Shown here one piece after another: positions 54,401 through 61,792 of a stretch of 64,000 bases of DNA (positions are counted from its first letter, which is position 1; every line of letters starts with the position of its first letter). Both the position numbers and the translations under genes were made by a program. Source of the DNA: Candidatus Roizmanbacteria bacterium (GTDB lineage Bacteria > Patescibacteriota > Microgenomatia > UBA1406 > GWC2-37-13); NCBI GenBank assembly GCA_013335175.1, contig JAAXWC010000004.1:40999-104998 (forward strand), read 5' to 3'. Below the pieces are notes generated by a model. The model was not told the origin of the DNA, ran no database searches, and was given only the letters and a program-made list of their open reading frames with translations.

Positions 54401-55162
54401 CCCGCACTTGAGCAAAAAAATGGATATTTAGTAAAAATAGCATCGAAACTCAGAGAAGGACGCCCCTTATTTTTGTATATTTTAGACCAAACAAAACGGC
54501 AGGCGTTTCTTGAAGATCGTTTACTAAACTCTACAGAATACTTTATCTTAAGCCCTAAATACCAATATGGACTCGGATATAGTTTTAGTTTTAATAATAA
54601 TTCATATCACAATATTCCATCTACCAATACGCTCCAGGAATTATCGGTGTATCAATTCCCCTACGATCAATTGAAACAAACCTTTTTTGAGAGTAAGACA
54701 ACGCATCCAACGAACGCAAAATTTGCGTACACCATACCCGCAGAAAAATTGAACTATTACACCTATAAAGTAACCATCCCCGATCAAAAAATCAGTACCG
54801 TGATACTGAATCAATCTTTTCATCCTGGATGGACGGCCTTCGTCATTCCCGCTTGTCGGGAATCGACCCACGCCTTCCCTTTATCGATTCTGGACACGCT
54901 CGTTCCTCGCTGCCAGAATGACGTAAATCATGTCATCATCAACAACTGGGCAAACGGATGGACTATCCCTCAAGGGACAAAAGAGGTCGTCCTTATTTTC
55001 TGGCCTCAGTATTTGGAATACGTAGGATTTGGGGTACTCCTTCTCACCGTTATTATTGCAATTTTGCATTTCTCGCTTCATCAAGGTACAATGAGAGTAT
55101 GGTATTTATCTGGGACTACGATCGTAAAGAACTGGAAAAAACCGAAGAAGGACGCATTCTGA
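51479..55162 (+). CDS. large polytopic membrane protein, putative GT-C glycosyltransferase (AftD/DUF3367-like), carrying four in-frame repeat-element insertions
   Basis: Uninterrupted 1227-codon ORF. The N-terminus GWDNIQTDLNPWLGVKRAVFSVWEEYQSFG and many TM helices resemble arabinofuranosyltransferase-like GT-C proteins (by recall). Four segments are repeat-derived. Confidence 0.6.
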   Translation: MQRILNFLSFHRYPLFLSFIVLILGIANYHPGSFLSGWDNIQTDLNPWLGVKRAVFSVWEEYQSFGLVSGMAHAADLVRAVFIWMLSFVLPQSFLRYFFHVLMLGVGTMGMYWFLVFTREHSCHSGKRSASRIDNPGRFPTSGNDERGEDDDATPDSGQAGMTLHCHSRKRSMSASGIVVNRADTSSFLGALFYLLNFATIQMFYVPFEAFSVFSAFLPWEIWIFMKLLEQKKWSRKDVILFVVINFLATPQAYVQTLFIVYGVMLGVATVTLTFHRKQKERVTREWGIPVHAERKASMCGETSSGRPPFFLKKWILNGTQLNGSRIGVRDDNSRNNDSGLRRNDGRENPAPTFQLLKRSIALFLLLFSINAFWLLPQLYFLKTNQNVVTEAKSNMLATEDVLYQNKEKGTIDQFIPMRGFYYDLFDADQKQLFEPWKQHFQNPLFAILSYLFALIWIIGIFAKSRYRWTFLSLLFVVAIALLNNTPPFSWINDFLRKNEIVNQLFRSPFTKFAIPYAFVASYFFAVGVERLQNGCLSLGLPRTRRSGAMPVEHGWEKANDRPPFCINSEQRFRASRNDVQAGGHLGPPLRNSSGGKTTSNVAVAPPLHNHGSSIRSRMTMVYSSIVQHSSLIIVIVIVLSALPAFTGNYFARSMHVSIPNDYLQVMQYLQHQDKNKRIALLPDYTFWGWFYTRWGYNGSGFLWYGIEQPIVSRTFDVWSDKSEGYFWEMKTAIESEQVQKFDQLLEKYDIDYLILDYSLLPVSASLKGLQYERIERILAHSEHVSLVQKGKNVLLYQVINKKPVKNFISLATELPNIGPTIKLTNDDTAYTYFGDYKTDATQPFDYYFPYLDLTTQTRLKHKLWTLSEQENQFRISQPLLINAQDFELKGTVTSAGYQLYLQNEVQQFKSTLSHSIENNMLVTTIAKEPIYQFDVTNTSVHNCSPLGTTSRINSSDLTVSSTNRAIGCFGYEAPALEQKNGYLVKIASKLREGRPLFLYILDQTKRQAFLEDRLLNSTEYFILSPKYQYGLGYSFSFNNNSYHNIPSTNTLQELSVYQFPYDQLKQTFFESKTTHPTNAKFAYTIPAEKLNYYTYKVTIPDQKISTVILNQSFHPGWTAFVIPACRESTHAFPLSILDTLVPRCQNDVNHVIINNWANGWTIPQGTKEVVLIFWPQYLEYVGFGVLLLTVIIAILHFSLHQGTMRVWYLSGTTIVKNWKKPKKDAF
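51846..52022. repeat. in-frame palindromic repeat cluster 1 inside CDS 51479..55162
   Basis: GTCATTCTGG..CCAGAATCG, GATTCCCGacaaGCGGGAATGAC, GATTCCGGacaaGCCGGAATGAC and GTCATTCCCGC..CGGGAATCGTTGTT. Boundaries are approximate. Confidence 0.85.
52313..52537. repeat. in-frame repeat cluster 2 (diverged composite element plus hairpin units)
   Basis: AAAAAGAACGGGTGACACGAG...GAGTGGCAGGCCGCCGTTCTTTTTGAAG resembles 35728..35840. Followed by AACAACGATTCCGGtcttcGCCGGAATGAC and GGGCGGGaaaaCCCCGCCCCTAC. Confidence 0.85.
53074..53338. repeat. in-frame repeat cluster 3 (variant-B composite element plus hairpin units)
   Basis: 53074..53190 is nearly identical to intergenic 42556..42682. Followed by AACAACGATTCCGGgcaaGCCGGAATGAC, GGCGGACacctgggTCCGCCCCTAC and GGATCCTCGatcaggtCGAGGATGAC. 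Confidence 0.9.
54842..54923. repeat. in-frame repeat cluster 4
   Basis: GTCATTCCCGcttgtCGGGAATCG and GATTCTGG..CCAGAATGAC. This splits the conserved-looking FHPGWTAF / NHVIINNWANGW. Confidence 0.85.
55064..55092 (+). promoter_or_regulatory. sigma70-type promoter TTGCAT-17-TACAAT embedded in the 3' end of the large gene
   Basis: -35 at 55064..55069, a 17-nt spacer, -10 at 55087..55092. ATG 55099 lies 6 nt downstream with no SD. Confidence 0.5.
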
Positions 55163-55305
55163 TCCTTGAACGGATGATAAACTATGGCCCGGGTGATGAA
55201 AAAATTCCCCTTGATCAGGTAAAAAAGTATTGGGATCGATTACACCTTCAAAAACCTCAACAACGATTATTAGAATTACTAATATGGAACCAATATCAAT
55301 CCTAA
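55099..55305 (+). CDS. small protein, putative antitoxin partner of the AbiEii-like toxin
   Basis: 68 aa. The pattern WDYDRKELEKTEEGRILILERMINYGPGDE...W recalls small proteins found upstream of AbiEii-type genes. Overlaps the toxin start by 22 nt and the end of the large gene by 64 nt. Confidence 0.4.
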   Translation: MVFIWDYDRKELEKTEEGRILILERMINYGPGDEKIPLDQVKKYWDRLHLQKPQQRLLELLIWNQYQS

Positions 55306-55940
55306 CGGAGAAACACAAGATTATTCTGAACCTTGTCTCTCAGGAGCCCGAACTCGTGAAATCATTTTATTTTACTGGCGGGACCGCTCTTACTGAGTTT
55401 TATTTACATCACCGCTATTCTGAAGACCTCGATTTTTTCAGCAAAACTCCTCTCGAGAATCAATACTTGTCAGTAAAAATGCATGAATGGAGCGAACAGT
55501 ATCAATTCACCTTCCAATCACGATTTATAGAAGTGGTGTACATTTTCAACCTCACATTCGCTGATGGAGAACAACTCAAAGTTGACTTCGGTTATTACCC
55601 GTACAAACAACTGGAGAAAGGGACTACCTATAAGTCAATTCCTGTTGATAGTGAGCTCGACATTGCTATAAACAAACTCAATACCATATCGCAGCGAACT
55701 GAAATAAAAGATTTTGTGGATTTATATTTTCTGTTACAGAAATACTCTGTATATGATTTGATGGAAGGAGTTAAGGTAAAATTTCAGGTAAAAGTCGAGC
55801 CTTTTTTATTGGCAGCCGATATGCTAAAAGTTGAAGATTTTACCTACCTTCCTCGCATGGTTACTCCGCTTCCTCTTGATACGCTCAAAGATTATTACAG
55901 AAAACAGGCGCGTGCGTTCGGTCTCAGGACAATAATCTGA
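55284..55940 (+). CDS. nucleotidyltransferase AbiEii/AbiGii-family toxin (DUF1814-like)
   Basis: FYFTGGTALTEFYLHHRYSEDLDFF is the family signature. Start set at MEPISIL (55284). Confidence 0.75.
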   Translation: MEPISILTEKHKIILNLVSQEPELVKSFYFTGGTALTEFYLHHRYSEDLDFFSKTPLENQYLSVKMHEWSEQYQFTFQSRFIEVVYIFNLTFADGEQLKVDFGYYPYKQLEKGTTYKSIPVDSELDIAINKLNTISQRTEIKDFVDLYFLLQKYSVYDLMEGVKVKFQVKVEPFLLAADMLKVEDFTYLPRMVTPLPLDTLKDYYRKQARAFGLRTII

Positions 55941-55953
55941 AAAATGCTCTATA

Positions 55954-58131
55954 ATGGTGTATATGAAGCAGAGCTTAAGCTTTTTACAGATAAAAAATCC
56001 AAAAGATGATGAAACTCCTATCGAAGCCGCTACTCAGATTTTCTCATCGGTGCTTCCCTATCCTTACGTCCCTTTGTGGAAAAGACCTTTTGTAAAGCCT
56101 CAAACTTATTCTTTTGAACTCTATCTCCTTAATCAGACCATTTTTTTCTACGTTACTACTCCTTCAAAAAATGAAACCTTTATACGAAGCCTCATTACCT
56201 CTGCCTTTCCAAAGTCGGCTATTCAGAAAACTACCGATCCTATGGATATTATTTTTCAATCAAAACGACTCGCTATAGGTGAGGTTTCCCTTAATTCGTA
56301 TTTCTATTTTCCGATAAAAACCTATTACGACTTTCGCGACATTGACCCACTTTCCCCCATTATCGGTTTTTTGGCAAAACAGGATCCTGCCATTCGCATG
56401 GCTGTTCAAATCTTGGTGACGCCCGCAACTTTTGCCTGGCAAGATAAAGCCGTAGAAGCGGTAAAGGTACAATCTCTCGATACTACTTCTGGCCGATACG
56501 GACAAAACCCACATCGACAGATTCTGATGAAAAAAGCTTCGTTTCAAGGCGGGAAAGCCCTTATTCGTTTGATCGCCGGTTCAAACAACGAGCACCTTCC
56601 CTCGCTCCCCTATTTGCAAAACTTGGCTGGGACATTCGGGACTTTTTCTTTAGGTGAAGGGAACCAACTGGTTTTTAAACGACGATTCTTTTTCCCCGAA
56701 CGTCTCAAACAACGAATTAAAACCCGATCCACCCATTATTTTGAGAGAAAGTATCAGATTCTTAATTCTCAGGAACTCGCATCGCTGTGGCATCCTCCCG
56801 GATTTTTGCTTTCGGGAATTAAAAATATCGCTTGGGGGAAAACACTCTCTGGAGAACCACCCGAAAATTTGCCCATTGCCGATAACCTGACAGATCTTCA
56901 AAAACAGGATATAAATTTTTTTGCTGAGACAGAGTATAAAAATAAAAAAACAAAATTTGGAATTAAAACACCTGATCGACGAAAACACATGTACATTATC
57001 GGAAAAACGGGTGCTGGGAAATCTACCCTTATCGCCAATATGGCCATTGATGATATCCGAAAAGACCGTGGTATCGGCATTATTGATCCTCACGGGGACC
57101 TGTGCGAAACCATTCTGAATTACATCCCCAAACGTCGCATGAACGATGTGGTGTATCTTGAACCTTTTGATACCGAACACCCTTTCTCGCTCAATGTGCT
57201 CGAAATAAAAAACAAACAACATAAAGATCTGATCGCTTCTGGTATTGTCTCTATCTTCAACAAACTTTACAAAGATAGCTGGGGGCCCCGTCTAGAGTAC
57301 ATTCTACGTAACGTTATCTTGACCCTTTTGGAAATACCGGATTCTACCTTAGTAGATGTACTATCTCTTCTCTCCAACGCAGATTATCGAAAAAAAATGG
57401 TTGCATATGTTGAAGATCCGGTGCTGAGAAATTTCTGGTTGAAAGAATTTGACCGCATGCCCGACCGACTCCGCGCTGAAGCGATTTCACCGATTCAAAA
57501 TAAAGTTGGACAGTTCGTATCTTCAAAAATGATACGGAATATTATTGGAAAACCTCGATCGTCTATTAACTTAGAACAGATTATGAATGAAGGAAAAATT
57601 CTCATTCTGAATTTATCGCAAGGAAAGTTAGGAGAAGACAATGCCGCCTTACTGGGGGCAATGATGATTACGCAGATTCAACTTGCAGCTATGAACCGTT
57701 CGTTTATACACGAAAATGATCGCCGCGATTTTTTCCTGTATGTCGATGAATTTCAGAATTTTGCTACCTCTTCGTTCGTTAAAATCTTGTCGGAAGCACG
57801 AAAATATCGACTTTCCCTCACCCTTGCCAATCAGTATATTGAGCAACTAGACTTAGAAGTTCAGCGCGCCATATTTGGGAACGTTGGCACTTTGATGGCT
57901 TTTGTGGTTGGAGCACGGGATGCCTATCCTTTGAGCAAGGAATTTGGAGAACTGTACTCAGAGAACGACCTTGTTTCTTTAGGAAAACACGAAGTAGTGA
58001 CCAAGCTTTCTATTGAGAATATGACGTCCGCACCTTTCCCTGCGAATACACTTCCTCTTCCCAATATAGTAAATGATAACCGAGAAAAGATTATCCGACT
58101 CTCCAAAGAAAAATACGGAAGAAAGGTTTGA
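55954..58131 (+). CDS. FtsK/HerA/VirD4-like P-loop ATPase (T4SS coupling-protein-like, DNA-binding)
   Basis: Walker A IIGKTGAGKSTL, Walker B FFLYVDEFQNF, C-terminal TraD/TraG-like region. Alternative start MKQSLS at 55963. Confidence 0.65.
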   Translation: MVYMKQSLSFLQIKNPKDDETPIEAATQIFSSVLPYPYVPLWKRPFVKPQTYSFELYLLNQTIFFYVTTPSKNETFIRSLITSAFPKSAIQKTTDPMDIIFQSKRLAIGEVSLNSYFYFPIKTYYDFRDIDPLSPIIGFLAKQDPAIRMAVQILVTPATFAWQDKAVEAVKVQSLDTTSGRYGQNPHRQILMKKASFQGGKALIRLIAGSNNEHLPSLPYLQNLAGTFGTFSLGEGNQLVFKRRFFFPERLKQRIKTRSTHYFERKYQILNSQELASLWHPPGFLLSGIKNIAWGKTLSGEPPENLPIADNLTDLQKQDINFFAETEYKNKKTKFGIKTPDRRKHMYIIGKTGAGKSTLIANMAIDDIRKDRGIGIIDPHGDLCETILNYIPKRRMNDVVYLEPFDTEHPFSLNVLEIKNKQHKDLIASGIVSIFNKLYKDSWGPRLEYILRNVILTLLEIPDSTLVDVLSLLSNADYRKKMVAYVEDPVLRNFWLKEFDRMPDRLRAEAISPIQNKVGQFVSSKMIRNIIGKPRSSINLEQIMNEGKILILNLSQGKLGEDNAALLGAMMITQIQLAAMNRSFIHENDRRDFFLYVDEFQNFATSSFVKILSEARKYRLSLTLANQYIEQLDLEVQRAIFGNVGTLMAFVVGARDAYPLSKEFGELYSENDLVSLGKHEVVTKLSIENMTSAPFPANTLPLPNIVNDNREKIIRLSKEKYGRKV

Positions 58132-58155
58132 TGTTTATCACTGAGTGTTCCCACC

Positions 58156-58285
58156 CGTCACTCCCGCGAAGGCGGGGATCCATGATATGCGGATATTACC
58201 CATTGGATCCTCGTGGCCACGAGGATGACGTGCAGGATCCTGCACCTTGCCTACCGTCAAGTAGGTTGCTGTCCGGGATGACATA
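58156..58285. repeat. palindromic hairpin units between convergent genes
   Basis: GTCACTCCCGCgaagGCGGGGATCC, GGATCCTCGtggccaCGAGGATGAC, CAGGATCCTG and a GGGATGAC unit. Confidence 0.85.
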
Positions 58286-58403
58286 TACCTGAAGCGTGAT
58301 GGCCTTGTTCGGAGTGACTTGGGAGATGCGCAGGAACGAGCACGCCCATTTGTCACGAAGAATCAAGAAGACACGCGATAGGATATGATTTTGACAATGA
58401 TGG

Positions 58404-58655
58404 TTACTTCATAAACGGCAAAAATCGACGAAGCCTCCCCATAACTATACTCCCTACAATTGGTATGACAATACTTAGCCACCACATTGTTTTTTTCCGT
58501 TCCGCTAACGATTGTACTGCTGTACCCACCTTCACTCGCGTATCCACAATTTGGTTTTTGAGCCAAACGAGGAAAAATAAGACCGACAGTACGAGTACGA
58601 TCCACAGCGACATATAGATAATCCCCACGAGATAAAAGAGTGTTTGTATATCCAT
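58404..58655 (-). CDS. small two/three-TM membrane protein (paralogue of 59198..59440)
   Basis: MDIQTLFYLVGIIYM... compared with MDLQTLFYIVGIVFM... Same length class and same position relative to a YtxH-like gene. Confidence 0.55.
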   Translation of the reverse strand: MDIQTLFYLVGIIYMSLWIVLVLSVLFFLVWLKNQIVDTRVKVGTAVQSLAERKKTMWWLSIVIPIVGSIVMGRLRRFLPFMK

Positions 58656-58663
58656 ACGCTCTT

Positions 58664-59107
58664 TTATAAACCAGTAACGCGTTCCGCCTCATTTTTCATA
58701 TCGCGGACGCCTCGCATAATATCTCGCTCCTTACTCAAAATCTCCTTGCGCATCTGATCGAGCTTATGTTTATTTGATTCCTCGTTTTTTTTCTGCCACT
58801 CCGAAATCGAATCGTCCAAAGTATGTCGAAAAGCACGATCATCTACCTGCTCATTTCGAGACCGCATGTCCTGTAAACGACCCTTCACGTCTGAAATAAG
58901 CTGAAAAGACGGCATTCCATTTCCCAGTTCTCCCTTCATTTTATGCATACGCTTTTGCATCTGCTCCATCGCCTCTTTCATTGTTTTTCTATTCCCTTCC
59001 CCGGTTTTTGGAGAGGTCAAAAGAGCAACTACGCCCCCAACAAGAGCACCGATAAGAATACCCGCGCTAAAAGAAGGAGCTTGATTATGATTGTTGTAGT
59101 CTCCCAT
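58664..59107 (-). CDS. YtxH-like protein
   Basis: GILIGALVGGVVALLTSPKTGEGNRKTMKE is a YtxH-type N-terminus. Start set at MGDYNNH (59107). Confidence 0.65.
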   Translation of the reverse strand: MGDYNNHNQAPSFSAGILIGALVGGVVALLTSPKTGEGNRKTMKEAMEQMQKRMHKMKGELGNGMPSFQLISDVKGRLQDMRSRNEQVDDRAFRHTLDDSISEWQKKNEESNKHKLDQMRKEILSKERDIMRGVRDMKNEAERVTGL

Positions 59108-59197
59108 AATAAAACAGTAACTAATAATAGGTAGTTTATTTATACCCAGCATTCTGTAAAGAAGCACGAAAAAGGAGTAAGAGAGAGGTAAGGAATG

Positions 59198-59440
59198 TTA
59201 TCTATTTTTTCGGAATATTTTTTTCACCAACGGAATGAGAATGTTTTTCACTAACAAACCCGTGGTAAAAACTGAGCTTGAATTTGCAGCCAGGGAGATT
59301 ACTTTTGCAGTTACCGATTCCTTTGCATGACGAATTCCTTGAACTAAGGCTACTATAAAAACGACACAAAACACCATAACGAGAATGGATAAAAGCATGA
59401 ACACAATCCCGACGATGTAAAAAAGTGTTTGTAGATCCAT
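59198..59440 (-). CDS. small membrane protein (paralogue of 58404..58655)
   Basis: See 58404..58655. Confidence 0.55.
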   Translation of the reverse strand: MDLQTLFYIVGIVFMLLSILVMVFCVVFIVALVQGIRHAKESVTAKVISLAANSSSVFTTGLLVKNILIPLVKKIFRKNR

Positions 59441-59447
59441 AATAATG

Positions 59448-59876
59448 TTATGTTTTTTTCGTTTTCTTCAGTTCTTCCCATTGGTCCACAAAATAGTCTT
59501 GCAACTGTTTTATTTTGGGAAGGGAAGCTTTTGCTTCCTCTGTTACCTGGGCTAAAGTATCTCCCACAAGCTGTACAAACTCTTCTCGATCCATATCCTT
59601 TGAAACTTTTTGCACCTCTTTCATTTTTTCTGAAAGCCGAACCCGAGCTGCTTCATAAAGCTTTGTACCTTCCTCTGTTACATCACCAAAAATAACCTTT
59701 GTTTTTTTCTCAACTTCATGTTCTTCAAGCATTTTAAGAAATTCTTCATATTTCTTTTTTACCAGTTCTTTGTTCTCTTTCCCCGATTGCGGAGTAAGAA
59801 ACAAAGCGGCAAGCGCGCCTGCGGTTGCACCAATAAGCAATCCTATCCCGAATTTAGATGATTTTTGAGTAGACAT
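59448..59876 (-). CDS. YtxH-like protein
   Basis: GLLIGATAGALAALFLTPQSGKENKELVKK followed by a helical charged C-terminus. Confidence 0.65.
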   Translation of the reverse strand: MSTQKSSKFGIGLLIGATAGALAALFLTPQSGKENKELVKKKYEEFLKMLEEHEVEKKTKVIFGDVTEEGTKLYEAARVRLSEKMKEVQKVSKDMDREEFVQLVGDTLAQVTEEAKASLPKIKQLQDYFVDQWEELKKTKKT

Positions 59877-59924
59877 ATGGAATCATTGTACTACATTTCA
59901 TAATTTTAAAATACCATTTGAAAT

Positions 59925-60003
59925 TTTCCCGTCATCGAGATCGCTATGCACGAACAACGATTCCCGACGCGGCACTTCCGTTCCTTGCGGGAATGACAAT
60001 CAT
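59925..60003. repeat. hairpin units
   Basis: CCGTCATCGAGATCG.. and AACAACGATTCCCGacgcggcacttccgttccttGCGGGAATGAC. Confidence 0.75.
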
Positions 60004-60013
60004 GTTCTATTGT

Positions 60014-61360
60014 TTAATCTCTCTTAACTTGTTCATACAGCGTTGCCAGCAAATAAAACGATCCCGTTATCACCCTCGGAGAAGTACTTTTTTTATTTAA
60101 AACGTGAGAAAGTGCCATCGAAGGATTCTCTATAAGAACATAATTACGGTAGCCTAATCTTTCTAACTCGTGGGCTATCTCTTGCGGAGGAAGACTAATA
60201 GAAGAAAATTCTTGAATACCAGTCGCGAAATTAGTAAGAGTAATCGATTCCGCTACCGGAATAATCTCTCTTAAAATAGGAATAATTTGCTTTCCCTTCT
60301 TAAAAGCAAGAAGAAAATGAAAGCTTTGGTTCGGGAAACGTTGTCGAAGCCCCTGGATAAAACTCTTCATCTTTTGTGGATTATGCGCACCATCTAACAC
60401 AATGATGCTCCCATTTTTGTTGATAATCTCTCCCCTGCCTGGGATAAACATCTTGGACAAAAGAGAGCGGACCTTTGACTCTTCTACGGCAAAATGATCC
60501 CGTCCGCTTAAATAGATTACCGTTGCCAACGCCAGAGCAGCGTTTTTCACTTGATACTCCCCTATCAAATTCAATCGAAGCTTTTTGTATGTTATCCCTC
60601 CATAGGAAAAATTAAAATAAATACCTTCTGTCCCAGGTTTCATCTGAAAAAATTCTTTATTTTGTTTAATATACGTTACCGATCCTTTTTTGTCTTTGAC
60701 CACCTGATCTATTACCTTTCGAGCTTGCGGAACCTGCCCGATAGAAAATACTTTATTGAAATTTTGCGTAATCATCGCTTTTTGATAGGCTATTTCTGAA
60801 ATTTTTTCTCCAAGAATTTCCATATGATCGTACCCAATTGTTGTGAGCACTGCCAATTTTTCAGCGTTTTCTACAATGTTTGTACTATCGTACAACCCCC
60901 CTAAGCCAGTTTCCACCACCATATAATCCACCTTTTCCTTCCAACAACTGTAATACGCCAACGCAATAAATATTTCAAAGTAGGTAACCATTTCATTCTC
61001 ACGTTTTTCAATGAGATCAATGGTGGGGATTAGTTCGGTTAAATATCGACAAAAAGTTTCTTCTGAGACAAATGATTCGTTTATCTGTATCCGCTCGCAC
61101 AAGGAGGTAATATGAGGAGAAATAGTAAGTCCTACCCTAAAACCGAGACTATGTAACAACGAACGGAGAAAATACGCAGTGGAGCCTTTGCCCGATGTAC
61201 CAGCGACATGAATTACCCGCATTTGTTCTTGGGGATTTCCTAGTTCGTTCATCAAGATCTTCATTTTTTTAAGTCCCCATTCTCCGGTATATTTTTTCTT
61301 TACATCGGGTATGTGAGCAAAAAGATATTCTTCGGCTTGTTTTAGAGTGCTGATTTGCAT
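60014..61360 (-). CDS. folC: bifunctional folylpolyglutamate synthase/dihydrofolate synthase (Mur ligase family)
   Basis: P-loop HVAGTSGKGST and the Mur-ligase middle and C-terminal domains (LDGAHNP). Confidence 0.85.
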   Translation of the reverse strand: MQISTLKQAEEYLFAHIPDVKKKYTGEWGLKKMKILMNELGNPQEQMRVIHVAGTSGKGSTAYFLRSLLHSLGFRVGLTISPHITSLCERIQINESFVSEETFCRYLTELIPTIDLIEKRENEMVTYFEIFIALAYYSCWKEKVDYMVVETGLGGLYDSTNIVENAEKLAVLTTIGYDHMEILGEKISEIAYQKAMITQNFNKVFSIGQVPQARKVIDQVVKDKKGSVTYIKQNKEFFQMKPGTEGIYFNFSYGGITYKKLRLNLIGEYQVKNAALALATVIYLSGRDHFAVEESKVRSLLSKMFIPGRGEIINKNGSIIVLDGAHNPQKMKSFIQGLRQRFPNQSFHFLLAFKKGKQIIPILREIIPVAESITLTNFATGIQEFSSISLPPQEIAHELERLGYRNYVLIENPSMALSHVLNKKSTSPRVITGSFYLLATLYEQVKRD

Positions 61361-61404
61361 GCCGCTATTTTACACTTTGTTGATGAATGGGACAAGAGAA
61401 TTTC

Positions 61405-61478
61405 CATCCCCGATCCGGGGAATCTATTCAATGAAACAATACATGACATGGATCCCCGCCTTCGCGGGGATGACGTGC
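61405..61478. repeat. hairpin units in the folC / small-ORF divergent region
   Basis: CCATCCCCGATCCGGGGAATC and GGATCCCCGCcttcGCGGGGATGAC. Confidence 0.8.
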
Positions 61479-61525
61479 CTCTTCTTTTTCTCTCTTGACA
61501 TGGTGAACGTTTGTTCAGTATCATA

Positions 61526-61792
61526 ATGAGTATGAACGAACCAATTCATGAAAAAGTAAGCGTGGAACTTATTTATGACCGGACAAAAGGGACCGTTTTT
61601 CCCCGACGCATCCGTTGGCAGGGACGTTTGTATACTATGCAAAAACTCGGCTATTATCACAAACGAAAAGAAGGCAGAAATTTGCTTCATATTTTCGATG
61701 TGAGTGATGGCACGATGGCTTTTCGGCTTCAGTGCAACCCAGAAACGCTTCATTGGATTTTAGAGGAGGTATCTGATGGAAATGCAGATTAA
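61526..61792 (+). CDS. small conserved protein upstream of dinB
   Basis: FPRRIRWQGRLYTMQKLGYYH resembles small proteins associated with Y-family or ImuB polymerase genes (recall only). 17-nt overlap with dinB. Confidence 0.4.
   Translation: MSMNEPIHEKVSVELIYDRTKGTVFPRRIRWQGRLYTMQKLGYYHKRKEGRNLLHIFDVSDGTMAFRLQCNPETLHWILEEVSDGNAD

Noticed and set aside
11611-61478. Hairpin repeat units acting simply as Rho-independent terminators.
   Set aside because: The hairpins lack a trailing T-run. They also occur in divergent promoter regions (11611, 31262, 61405), within an operon (23815) and inside a CDS (51846-54923). Some at convergent gene ends (18433, 58156) could still act as terminators incidentally.
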